Source: a virus. From it: a stretch of DNA of 64,000 bases. The stretch is from the IMG/VR virus record IMGVR_UViG_3300040751_002535; one strand, 5' to 3'. A program made the translations under genes and the position numbers. Positions 38,469 through 46,834 of this stretch are shown here, in pieces (positions within the stretch are counted from its first letter, which is position 1; every line of letters starts with the position of its first letter). Below the pieces are notes generated by a model. It made no database searches. It was not told the origin of the DNA and saw only the letters and a list, made by a program, of their open reading frames with translations.

Positions 38469-38969
38469 ATGAAAAACTTATTACTTGCTACAACTATTGC
38501 TATTGTAACTTCATCTGCTGCGGTAGCTGATGTTGTAAGAGCACGTATTACACATGTTGAACCACGCTACGAAACAGTTTACAATAATGTACCCACAACA
38601 CAATGTCAAGACGTTGAAGTTCCGGTTTATGGACGCACAGGCGGCGGTGCTACAGGTGGTGATGTACTAGGTGGTATGATCATTGGTGGATTGCTTGGCA
38701 AAGGTGCTACTGGTAAGGATGATGGCGCAGCTATTGGCGCTATTCTCGGAGGTATGGTAGCAGCTGACAACAACAACGGTCGAAGAGTTATCACAGGATA
38801 TCAGATTCAACGTCAGTGCAACGAAGTGTATGAAACACGTCAAGTACGCCAGATAAAAAACTATCTTATTAGGTTTGAATGGAACGGCCATTACGGACAA
38901 GCATACACATACAACAACTATCGTGTAGGTGATCGTATTGATGCAACTGTTAGTGTAACAGCAAACTAA
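38469..38969 (+). CDS. Glycine-zipper 2TM exported protein (YcfJ-like)
   Basis: Signal peptide, GGMIIGGLLG...GAAIGAILGG, flanking Cys pair. Confidence 0.8.
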   Translation: MKNLLLATTIAIVTSSAAVADVVRARITHVEPRYETVYNNVPTTQCQDVEVPVYGRTGGGATGGDVLGGMIIGGLLGKGATGKDDGAAIGAILGGMVAADNNNGRRVITGYQIQRQCNEVYETRQVRQIKNYLIRFEWNGHYGQAYTYNNYRVGDRIDATVSVTAN

Positions 38970-39181
38970 TGAGTAGTTTTAAAATAGATGAAATGCTGGA
39001 GTTGTTGTACAAGATTGACAGTCGCTTGGATATCATTGAAAAATATCTTCACTTTGAAGATGAAGAAGTTGCAAGTATTCTAGATGAACTTATACAAGAA
39101 GAGCAAGACAACATAAACTCTAAACCAAAACTTGTTATTGTTGAGAATGATAAGATTGTAGAGTTTCCAACGAACGACTAA
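38969..39181 (+). CDS. Hypothetical protein
   Basis: TAATG coupling. Confidence 0.5.
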   Translation: MSSFKIDEMLELLYKIDSRLDIIEKYLHFEDEEVASILDELIQEEQDNINSKPKLVIVENDKIVEFPTND

Positions 39182-39932
39182 GACAGTTACGTTTGTTGTT
39201 GTCTAGCCCAAAAAGAACACAGTCGCTCTGAGTTAGATTGTGTTCTTCACAAAGTTTTATTTGATTGATCCTATATTTTTGAAATATCCAATCACTTGTA
39301 AACTTGTTCATTAGGTCAAGATGTAAAAGCATACTTGAATGATTTAGATAAAAATGTTTGTTTGTGACACTTGCAGGTGATGAATATGGCTCAGTTGTAT
39401 ACACAACTCCACATCTTATATGTCCTGTGTTGAATGCTTTGCTAAAACTAAATGCTACATGAGTAATGCAAGAATGTGTTAGATCAAGTTTACCCAAACT
39501 CACACCTGCTAAACAAGCATCAACAAATACATCTATACCCCATTTTATACAATGCTGGATAATATCATTCCAATCTTTGTGCGGATTACCTGTGGCAGCA
39601 AATGGATAGCTTATGATAAGTCTACTACCAAACGGAATATCTTTGTAGTTGGATATTGGAATACCAATATCCTTATGATAACTGTATTCTCCGTTTAGCA
39701 CATAACACCGTTCTCTATACACTTCGTTGAATGCTTCAGTTACACCAGCAGTTACATAACCGTATTTGAATGAGTCTAGACCAACTAATCTAAATGTGGT
39801 ATTTTTAATCCATTCTCGATGCTGTTTTACAAAAACTTGCGGCGCATATATTTTATTTAGATGTATCTCTCTAGCATTAATAAACTCTTTGATTGAGTTA
39901 TCATGTATAGGTATTGCTTTACTACTAAACAT
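39135..39932 (-). CDS. PLP-dependent transferase-like protein (fold type I)
   Basis: ISYPFAATGN, VFVDAC and FSFSKAF (PLP Lys) followed by R.G. Confidence 0.65.
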   Translation of the reverse strand: MFSSKAIPIHDNSIKEFINAREIHLNKIYAPQVFVKQHREWIKNTTFRLVGLDSFKYGYVTAGVTEAFNEVYRERCYVLNGEYSYHKDIGIPISNYKDIPFGSRLIISYPFAATGNPHKDWNDIIQHCIKWGIDVFVDACLAGVSLGKLDLTHSCITHVAFSFSKAFNTGHIRCGVVYTTEPYSSPASVTNKHFYLNHSSMLLHLDLMNKFTSDWIFQKYRINQIKLCEEHNLTQSDCVLFGLDNNKRNCLSRSLETLQSYHSQQ

Positions 39933-40641
39933 CTACCACCTGCGCTTTGAAAAAGTTAAAGAACCCTGTGAGTGTTAATCTTACATTCTCACCAGCATCC
40001 TTGTCTACCCTAGTTATACCATGTACTACGTTCTTGTTTATCAACACAAGTCTATTGGGTTTGGGTGCTACAAAATAGCCCATGCCGTGTTCAATCAACC
40101 CTTTTTGTTTTTCTGCTTGCTCAAACATTTCCAATGTGCCTGTATTACGATACGTATCTTGTTGTTTAGTACCTGGTAACTTGCGCATGATTTGTTTGTA
40201 TTCTACACTGTCTTTGGGTAACACCAACAACATACTGTCCCAGTTGATTTGCCAATGTTTGTGCAAGTAATAACTGTAAGTTACCCCGCCCATATCTGTA
40301 TGCCACGGATTTTTACTGCCTACAGGGTAACCATGACATCGCATAGCAATGTCTGTGTAGCCTGCTGTATAATCTTGAGCTTCTTCGCTGTCTGCAAATG
40401 TCTTTATAGCATCTGCCCATATGTCGTAGTTGTCGTTAAATGGCGCATCTCGGAGAAAGCGTTTGCTGGCTTTGTAGTTTGCACCATCGGTAATATGCCA
40501 ATATTTGTCGTCAGTCTGACTCTGTGTCCATTCGTCACACTGCACTTGATTGAACAATCTATCCCAACTCTCTTGTGGCAAGAAATCATCTACCACAAGC
40601 ACTTCGGGTGTTTTCATTACAACTTTATACATATGTTTCAC
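39925..40641 (-). CDS. 2OG-Fe(II) oxygenase (prolyl-hydroxylase-like)
   Basis: VDDFLP, WHTD, PKPNRLV, HGIT and RLTLTGF motifs. Confidence 0.8.
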   Translation of the reverse strand: MKHMYKVVMKTPEVLVVDDFLPQESWDRLFNQVQCDEWTQSQTDDKYWHITDGANYKASKRFLRDAPFNDNYDIWADAIKTFADSEEAQDYTAGYTDIAMRCHGYPVGSKNPWHTDMGGVTYSYYLHKHWQINWDSMLLVLPKDSVEYKQIMRKLPGTKQQDTYRNTGTLEMFEQAEKQKGLIEHGMGYFVAPKPNRLVLINKNVVHGITRVDKDAGENVRLTLTGFFNFFKAQVVDV

Positions 40642-41623
40642 ATTTGCCTTCTCTAGTTAAATCTAATGTTACACAATGCAATCCACCATCCCAAAAGAAC
40701 TTGTGTCTAAAGTCAAAAGGAACCATTTCCACACCATGCTTTTTAAGTTGTGCTGCTACACCTGCATCGTATCCATTTGTAATAACCAACTCTGGCGATA
40801 CACTAACAACATTAACATCAAATATAGTTTCGTCTACATGTCCAATCCAGCTGTCTAACCATGTTGCTACATTTTTAGCACGTAATGGTTGCATACTTGC
40901 TTGCCAAAACTGTTCTGGAACGTTTTGCTTGGGTACTTGTATATAGTCCCAATGCTTGAGTTCGTCTGGTATCATTTCAGGTAACCAACACATAAGCAGC
41001 CCTGGTTTGATTAATGCTATTTTGCCATCAGCATGTCCGCTTTCGTGTAGTTGTATCCATTTAGCATCTATTTCATTCTTCATCCAATCTAGCCCTGCAT
41101 AGGTACCTCTACCAAACTGCCTTGTCATTGGATAACTGGTATCGTTGTATGGTGCAGTGTGTATCAGTGTGTCTCCGCATTTGAGTATGTTAGCAGCGTG
41201 ATACAGCGGAGTGCCTTCGTGTGCTACATAAGGTTGATAGAAACTTCCTAGCGTAGGAGTTGGCATAGCATTGTATTTTCTATCTAAACCAAATACGATA
41301 TCGTTGTAGTGCTCACGCTCGTAAAACCTATTAGGATCTCCTCCTATAGTGCCTACAACCTGATCACCGTATACAACATGCATATCACGTGGACACACAG
41401 CAGGATAACGGAAGTCGCCTTTGTATTCACATTTTGGTCTGTGTACTTTTACATCATAACTTTCAAATAACTCAGTTAACTTTACAAAGTCTTCTTCTGA
41501 TTCTTCAAAAATACGTTGTAGTCCGTTGCGAAACTCTATATCTTCTATGTGTGCTATATCATTTGGATCGTATACACGCCCAACAATGATTTCTTTTAGG
41601 GGATCCCATTCTGTCCATATCAT
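40625..41623 (-). CDS. Amidinotransferase (glycine/inosamine-phosphate amidinotransferase family)
   Basis: EWDPLKEIIVG, CPRD, HADG and GGLHCVTLD; TAAATA-N5-ATG start. Confidence 0.85.
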   Translation of the reverse strand: MIWTEWDPLKEIIVGRVYDPNDIAHIEDIEFRNGLQRIFEESEEDFVKLTELFESYDVKVHRPKCEYKGDFRYPAVCPRDMHVVYGDQVVGTIGGDPNRFYEREHYNDIVFGLDRKYNAMPTPTLGSFYQPYVAHEGTPLYHAANILKCGDTLIHTAPYNDTSYPMTRQFGRGTYAGLDWMKNEIDAKWIQLHESGHADGKIALIKPGLLMCWLPEMIPDELKHWDYIQVPKQNVPEQFWQASMQPLRAKNVATWLDSWIGHVDETIFDVNVVSVSPELVITNGYDAGVAAQLKKHGVEMVPFDFRHKFFWDGGLHCVTLDLTREGKCETYV

Positions 41624-41655
41624 AATATTATTTACAAAAAACTTGCATTCAGCGG

Positions 41656-41684
41656 TTGACTTCTGGTAAATAGACTGCTATATT
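41656..41684 (+). promoter_or_regulatory. Sigma70-like promoter of the tRNA cluster
   Basis: TTGACT-N17-TATATT. Confidence 0.7.
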
Positions 41685-41743
41685 ATACAAGTAAGCAGAG
41701 ACACTTACAACGCTATTTGAAAATTAAGTTTTGTTATTATGAG

Positions 41744-41833
41744 GGGCAGCTGGCTGAGTGGTCGAAAGCACCGGTCTACTAAACCGACGAGGGTGAAAGT
41801 CCTCCCAGGGTTCGAATCCCTGGCTGCCCGCCA
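41744..41833 (+). tRNA. tRNA-Ser(ACT)
   Basis: Acceptor GGGCAGC/GCTGCCC, G73, encoded CCA, long variable arm, loop CT-ACT-AA (41778-41780), TTCGAAT. Confidence 0.85.
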
Positions 41834-41846
41834 TAATAACAAACAT

Positions 41847-41931
41847 GCAGGTGCGATACAGTTGGAGAGGTATGCTGGTCTCCAAAACCAGTGCGTTAGC
41901 TCAGCGAGTTCGAATCTCGCCACCTGTGCCA
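41847..41931 (+). tRNA. tRNA-Trp(CCA) with extended variable region
   Basis: CTGGT-CTCCAAA-ACCAG anticodon arm, GCGAG-TTCGAAT-CTCGC T arm, G73-CCA. Confidence 0.82.
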
Positions 41932-41938
41932 AAACAAT

Positions 41939-42012
41939 GCGGGTATCGTATAATGGTATTATTACAGATTTCCAATCTGAAGACAGGAGTTCGATTCTCC
42001 TTACCCGCTCCA
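41939..42012 (+). tRNA. tRNA-Gly(TCC)
   Basis: GCGGGTA/TACCCGC acceptor, U73-CCA, TT-TCC-AA loop. Confidence 0.92.
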
Positions 42013-42018
42013 AATAAC

Positions 42019-42094
42019 GCTCCTATAGCTCAGTTGGTAGAGCAACTGATTTGTAATCAGTAGGTCCGCGGTTCGAGTCCGTGTAGGAGCACCA
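42019..42094 (+). tRNA. tRNA-Thr(TGT)
   Basis: GCTCCTA/TAGGAGC acceptor, TT-TGT-AA loop, ACCA end. Confidence 0.95.
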
Positions 42095-42098
42095 CTAT

Positions 42099-42174
42099 TC
42101 TTCCTTAGCTCAGTTGGTAGAGCAATTGACTGTTAATCAATTTGTCGCTGGTTCGAGCCCAGCAGGAAGAGCCA
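42099..42174 (+). tRNA. tRNA-Asn(GTT)
   Basis: TCTTCCT/AGGAAGA acceptor, CT-GTT-AA loop, GCCA end. Confidence 0.95.
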
Positions 42175-42184
42175 ATATAATATA

Positions 42185-42268
42185 GCCCTGGTGGTGGAAT
42201 GGTAGACACGCAGGTTTTAGGTACCTGTGCTTTACGGCGTGAGAGTTCGAGTCTCTCCCAGGGCACCA
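42185..42268 (+). tRNA. tRNA-Leu(TAG)
   Basis: GCCCTGG/CCAGGGC acceptor, TT-TAG-GT loop, long variable arm, ACCA end. Confidence 0.95.
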
Positions 42269-42285
42269 AATATAAAGGGACGTAA

Positions 42286-42513
42286 ATGTTCACAAACGAG
42301 TTTGATCATGACTTAACAACTATTACAATAATAGATGAAACAGGTGAACACAGTGATTTGATTATTGATGCATTTGATGATGTAGTATACATACGTCAGT
42401 ACGATGAAGACTGGGATACTGATACTATACTTGAAATAACAACAGATATGTTCAACGATTTAATCAATGCTATTCATTCGACAGAAGGGTCGTTTCGTAC
42501 AGTTAATAAATAG
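42286..42513 (+). CDS. Hypothetical protein
   Basis: SD-like AGGGA; acidic. Confidence 0.6.
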   Translation: MFTNEFDHDLTTITIIDETGEHSDLIIDAFDDVVYIRQYDEDWDTDTILEITTDMFNDLINAIHSTEGSFRTVNK

Positions 42514-42517
42514 TTTT

Positions 42518-42679
42518 ATGTTTACAGCAGTTAAAGAAACTATTTGGCATCTAACTTGTATTAAGTGTAAAAACTGGTTTACATATGCAACCATGGAGGA
42601 TAAAATGTGTATTGACAGATATAACTTTCATTGTCCGCATTGTGGGTCAAAAGGACGTTGTGCAATAGATGACAAATAA
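42518..42679 (+). CDS. Small zinc-ribbon protein
   Basis: CIKC...CPHC; TAAATA-N5-ATG at 42518. Confidence 0.6.
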   Translation: MFTAVKETIWHLTCIKCKNWFTYATMEDKMCIDRYNFHCPHCGSKGRCAIDDK

Positions 42680-43148
42680 CGAAGACATTCTAGTCTTTGA
42701 TTATGATTTTGATAAGTCAGCATTACTTGATTTTTGGAATCAGAATCAAGACAACTCTCAACCCTATACAGACAAACGTTTTGGCAAGTTTGTAATGAAC
42801 AACTGGCGCATTCTCAACGACATCGAGTTGGAGTATGCAGACAAACTAAACAAATATTTTGATATAGATACTTTACCCAAGTTTTATATTTTAAAAGCCA
42901 ATACAAAACTACTTCCACATATAGACTATGATACAACGTGCAGCATCAACTTTTTATTAAGTGATGGAGCTGCTCCTGTACGATTTGGTGACAATGAATA
43001 TTATTATCGTACAGCATTATTAAACACAACTCGTAAACATTCTGTTGACAAACACCCTGCTGACCGTTTACTGTTTAAACTGAGTGTTAAATATGAAAGT
43101 TTTGACAGTGTGAAGCAAAAGATACTAAATACTATATCAAGGAGTTAA
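42669..43148 (+). CDS. Cupin/2OG-Fe(II) oxygenase-like protein
   Basis: LLPHID...SINF...HSV...RLLFKLS. Confidence 0.55.
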   Translation: MTNNEDILVFDYDFDKSALLDFWNQNQDNSQPYTDKRFGKFVMNNWRILNDIELEYADKLNKYFDIDTLPKFYILKANTKLLPHIDYDTTCSINFLLSDGAAPVRFGDNEYYYRTALLNTTRKHSVDKHPADRLLFKLSVKYESFDSVKQKILNTISRS

Positions 43149-43149
43149 T

Positions 43150-43908
43150 ATGGGTGGTAAGGTATTTGATGGCACTAGTGATTTTGATCACAATGCTATA
43201 GAACAACTATTAGATGATGTGAACAATAAAGTTCTCAAAGGAACAGGCATTGAATGTATTCCAGTCGGTAGTGCTGCTACTCCTACACCCGGCAAACGTT
43301 CAGGTGACTTAGATGTTATTGTGGATGAAAATGCTGTTATTAGTTTTTTCAACAGTAAAAATGTCAAAGAAGCAAAACAAGCACTCAGTGATTATATTGC
43401 AAAAGCTGGATACAACACAAAGGTTATTGGCACAAACGTACACGTACAAATGCCGCTTGGTACAGAAAGTCATCAGCTGGATATTATGGTTGTTTCTGAT
43501 GCAGCAAACACTGCCAAGTTTCACACACATGATATTCCTCAAGGGTCTCCGTATAAAGGTATTCACAAACAACTTGCAATAAGCAAGATTGCAAAAGTGA
43601 AAGGCTTGTTGTGGAGTGCGTGGAAAGGCTTGTTCAAACGCAACGAGCAAGGCAAAGCCGGTGAATTTATTACAAATGATCTCAACGAAATAGCAAAAAT
43701 ACTATTAGGTGATAATCGTAGTGCAGCAGACTTGGGCAGTTTAGAAAGCATACTTGCTACAATGCCACAGAACGTGCAAGACAAACTAATGGCAGAATTA
43801 GAACAAGACAGAAACTGGGGTCCTAAGACAGAAAGTGTTATCACACTAGCTGATAAAAACCACAATCGTATTGTTGAACTAATGAATAGATTGGCCGACA
43901 GTAGATGA
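43150..43908 (+). CDS. Pol-beta-superfamily nucleotidyltransferase
   Basis: VGSA...SGDLDV and QLDIM catalytic aspartates; TAAATA at 43126. Confidence 0.7.
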   Translation: MGGKVFDGTSDFDHNAIEQLLDDVNNKVLKGTGIECIPVGSAATPTPGKRSGDLDVIVDENAVISFFNSKNVKEAKQALSDYIAKAGYNTKVIGTNVHVQMPLGTESHQLDIMVVSDAANTAKFHTHDIPQGSPYKGIHKQLAISKIAKVKGLLWSAWKGLFKRNEQGKAGEFITNDLNEIAKILLGDNRSAADLGSLESILATMPQNVQDKLMAELEQDRNWGPKTESVITLADKNHNRIVELMNRLADSR

Positions 43909-45038
43909 GATACAGTGAATTTAAACTAGTAGAAGCAAAGCAACTTGGTCGTGCATTCAACCACCTCGAAGACTTGGTTTTCTTTTATGGCAGTGACGGA
44001 ACTATTGAAGCACTAGAGCATTTAAAAGATGTTGCTACTGATAGCGGCAGTCAAAGTATACGTATGAAGTGGGACGGCAATCCTCAAATCTATTGGGGAC
44101 GTGAGCGTAAAGGTGGACCACTTATACTTGCTGGCCACAATGCGTGGAGCAAGGGTGTAGCTGCTACTAGTGAAGAAGAAGTAGCAGACTTTATATCCAA
44201 CAAAAGTGGCAATCCTAAAACACCAGAAGAAAAAGCAGCAAGAAGTCAGTTTGCACAGAAGTTTGCAAGCATGTATGATTACTTTGATAGAGCTACTCCA
44301 AAAGACTTTGAAGGATTTGTATATGCTGATGGATTGTTTTTAGATCCACCTCAAGAGAAAGATGGAGTGTACACATTCTGTCCAAATCCAAAATCACAAA
44401 CTTGTTATCATGTACGTGCAAACAGCGAACTAGGCAAACGAATTGATAGAGCAACTATAATGGTGGTTGGACATGCGTTCTTTCCAAAGTTTGGTATGCC
44501 AGATAGTGAGCAACAACCAATGCAAGACTTTAGTATGTTTGACAACGATCCTAGTATTGTTGTGCTGGGACCAGTTTACAACGACAAACCAGTACAAGTT
44601 GATACAAGTGCTATCGATGCTGTAGAAAACTTTGTTTCACAAAACAAACAAGCCATTGATGGATTTTTAGCAGGTGTCCCGGGACTTGCAGATTTAAAAA
44701 ATATCATTTACACATATGTTAATCAGACTGCTAAAGCCAAACGCTTGGATAGCTTGAGTGCTGAAGATTTTTCAAACTGGTTACAAAACAGCAAAGTAAG
44801 CACAGGAAAGCAAGCAAAGATCGCCGAGTTGGATTTACAGTTTAAGGGTGCTACTAGTGCTATTTTTGAACTAGTAAAAATGATACAACGTATGAAAGAT
44901 GAAGTTATTGATCAAATAGAAGGTGAACAAGGCGACATTTGGGACACCAATGGTGAAGGTCGTGTACGCTATGCAGACCCTAATAAAAAGTTCGGCAACG
45001 TAAAACTTGTTCCAAGAAAAAGGTGGACCCCAGCATGA
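43905..45038 (+). CDS. RNA/DNA-ligase-like nucleotidyltransferase (KWDG family)
   Basis: HLEDL, MKWDGNP (motif I), EGRV and KLVPR; N-terminal MRYSEFKLVE. Confidence 0.6.
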   Translation: MRYSEFKLVEAKQLGRAFNHLEDLVFFYGSDGTIEALEHLKDVATDSGSQSIRMKWDGNPQIYWGRERKGGPLILAGHNAWSKGVAATSEEEVADFISNKSGNPKTPEEKAARSQFAQKFASMYDYFDRATPKDFEGFVYADGLFLDPPQEKDGVYTFCPNPKSQTCYHVRANSELGKRIDRATIMVVGHAFFPKFGMPDSEQQPMQDFSMFDNDPSIVVLGPVYNDKPVQVDTSAIDAVENFVSQNKQAIDGFLAGVPGLADLKNIIYTYVNQTAKAKRLDSLSAEDFSNWLQNSKVSTGKQAKIAELDLQFKGATSAIFELVKMIQRMKDEVIDQIEGEQGDIWDTNGEGRVRYADPNKKFGNVKLVPRKRWTPA

Positions 45039-45622
45039 GACTAAGACAACTATTTGAAGCACCTGGCGAAACAGTAGGACTTATATTTGGAAGATTCAAT
45101 CCTCCACACAAAGGTCACAAAAATGCATGGGAAATGGCCAGTCGAGAAACACACTGGTATGTAGGCACTAATCAAAGCACAGTTGGTCCTAAAGATCCAT
45201 TGCCTGCACAAGCAAAAGTTGTTGCAATGGAAACTATTTGGCCTGAAGTAAAAGGACATATTGTATTCAGTCAAAGTTGGCTAACACTTGCTAGTGAGCT
45301 ATATGCAAAGCATCCTGATGCTACATTAAAACTTTACACAGACGAAGCATGGGTTCCTAAAACTATACAGCAGTATAATGGTGCAGAAGGCCCGCACGGT
45401 AGTTACAACTTCAAAGACATAGAATGGGTAAAGCCGCCAAGACTTGCAAGTGCAACAGATCTACGTGCAGCAGTGTTAAATGATGATCCAGAAGCATTTG
45501 GCAAAGCAGCAGGAGTTCCTGCTGATACTGTAGTTGATATTCCAGGCGAGAATGTAACATTCTTTGAACTAGTTAAAAAGTATTTAGATCCACATCGCGA
45601 AAAACTTCTTGCTAAAAAATAA
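45035..45622 (+). CDS. HIGH-superfamily cytidylyl/adenylyltransferase
   Basis: FGRFNPPHKGH, KDPL and SATDLR; ATG 45035 (ATGA overlap) gives MRLRQLFE. Confidence 0.8.
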   Translation: MRLRQLFEAPGETVGLIFGRFNPPHKGHKNAWEMASRETHWYVGTNQSTVGPKDPLPAQAKVVAMETIWPEVKGHIVFSQSWLTLASELYAKHPDATLKLYTDEAWVPKTIQQYNGAEGPHGSYNFKDIEWVKPPRLASATDLRAAVLNDDPEAFGKAAGVPADTVVDIPGENVTFFELVKKYLDPHREKLLAKK

Positions 45623-45643
45623 AATCTATAGTATACTATAACA

Positions 45644-46834
45644 ATGTACAAATGTTATTTCCTATTGGACGAGATTCTAGAATCTCCGTATGAGCCAATC
45701 TCTATAAAGTTGCCTGGTTCAAGGCTTCACTCAATGCCGCTGGACTATCTGCTAGGACATTTTGACGATTTTAACTACAGAAACTTTTTTCATATAAGTC
45801 GAATAGAACTATTAGATACACAGACACCAAAGTTTATTGTTAATGTAATACATATGCCCAACTGGGTAGATACAAATCTATCAAAAGATGGCATTGATTT
45901 ATTAAAAAATGATCCTAATGTTTATTTGTGCTTGATAACTACATTAGAATGTGTATTAGATACAAAGGCACTAGCAAATGAGTTAAACAGTAAAGAAATA
46001 CCATTACACAAAGTTGTTGTTATGACTAGTAATATGCAGGCTCACGGAAATAAACTGGATGGTGTAAACTATATTTGTGTTAACTTTTGGGAAAGTATTA
46101 CTAGGCTTCATCATCAGACGTTGCCCGATATTAGTGTAACTACACCTAAGCAACTTTCAATAAATACAGCAGAAAAAAAGTTTTTGTGTTTGAATAGGAA
46201 TATAAAGCCTCATCGTATATGGCTAATGTACAGCCTATTGCGTAGTGATATAATCAAAGAAGGACATGTAAGTTTTAACCTTCCTAGTGTCGATCGTAGA
46301 GCATTTTATGTGTGTGCTAGATCGCATCATACACTAAAACGTATTCCTGAATCTCTACACGATGATTATAAGATGGCATTGGTTAGAGAAATGTATAATC
46401 GTAAACTAGATCCATTGCACAATCACCATGTAATAAACTATAACTCTAGTATCAAGTCTTACTACAATGACAGTTTGTTGAGTGTAATAACCGAAAGCGA
46501 TACTAGTCTTAACTTTATTACAGAAAAAACTTACAAGGCTATAATGAATCTTCATCCGTTTTTTATTGTTGGCAATCCTGATCAACATGCATTACTTCGA
46601 GCTAGAGGCTATCATACTTTTGAAGATTTGTTTGGAGTTGATCAGATTACCAACTATGCAGAAGCATCGAAAATGTGGAAACACATCGGTAGTAAAAATA
46701 TAGATGTATTAAAACAAAACATCAAGAAAAAATATTTAGATAAATTAATACATAACCAGCAGTTATTTCTTTCAAGGAAGATTAGTTGGAACGATATAAC
46801 AAATAATCTTATAACAGCAGTAGGTGATACTTGA
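45644..46834 (+). CDS. Glycosyltransferase-like protein (GT-B/GT10-like C-terminus)
   Basis: KKFLCLNR..KPHR and VITES...FITEKTYKAI...PF...G...LRARGYHTF. Confidence 0.55.
   Translation: MYKCYFLLDEILESPYEPISIKLPGSRLHSMPLDYLLGHFDDFNYRNFFHISRIELLDTQTPKFIVNVIHMPNWVDTNLSKDGIDLLKNDPNVYLCLITTLECVLDTKALANELNSKEIPLHKVVVMTSNMQAHGNKLDGVNYICVNFWESITRLHHQTLPDISVTTPKQLSINTAEKKFLCLNRNIKPHRIWLMYSLLRSDIIKEGHVSFNLPSVDRRAFYVCARSHHTLKRIPESLHDDYKMALVREMYNRKLDPLHNHHVINYNSSIKSYYNDSLLSVITESDTSLNFITEKTYKAIMNLHPFFIVGNPDQHALLRARGYHTFEDLFGVDQITNYAEASKMWKHIGSKNIDVLKQNIKKKYLDKLIHNQQLFLSRKISWNDITNNLITAVGDT

Noticed and set aside
41705-42293. ORFs of 62-102 aa over the tRNA cluster
   Set aside because: They are translations of tRNA genes on either strand
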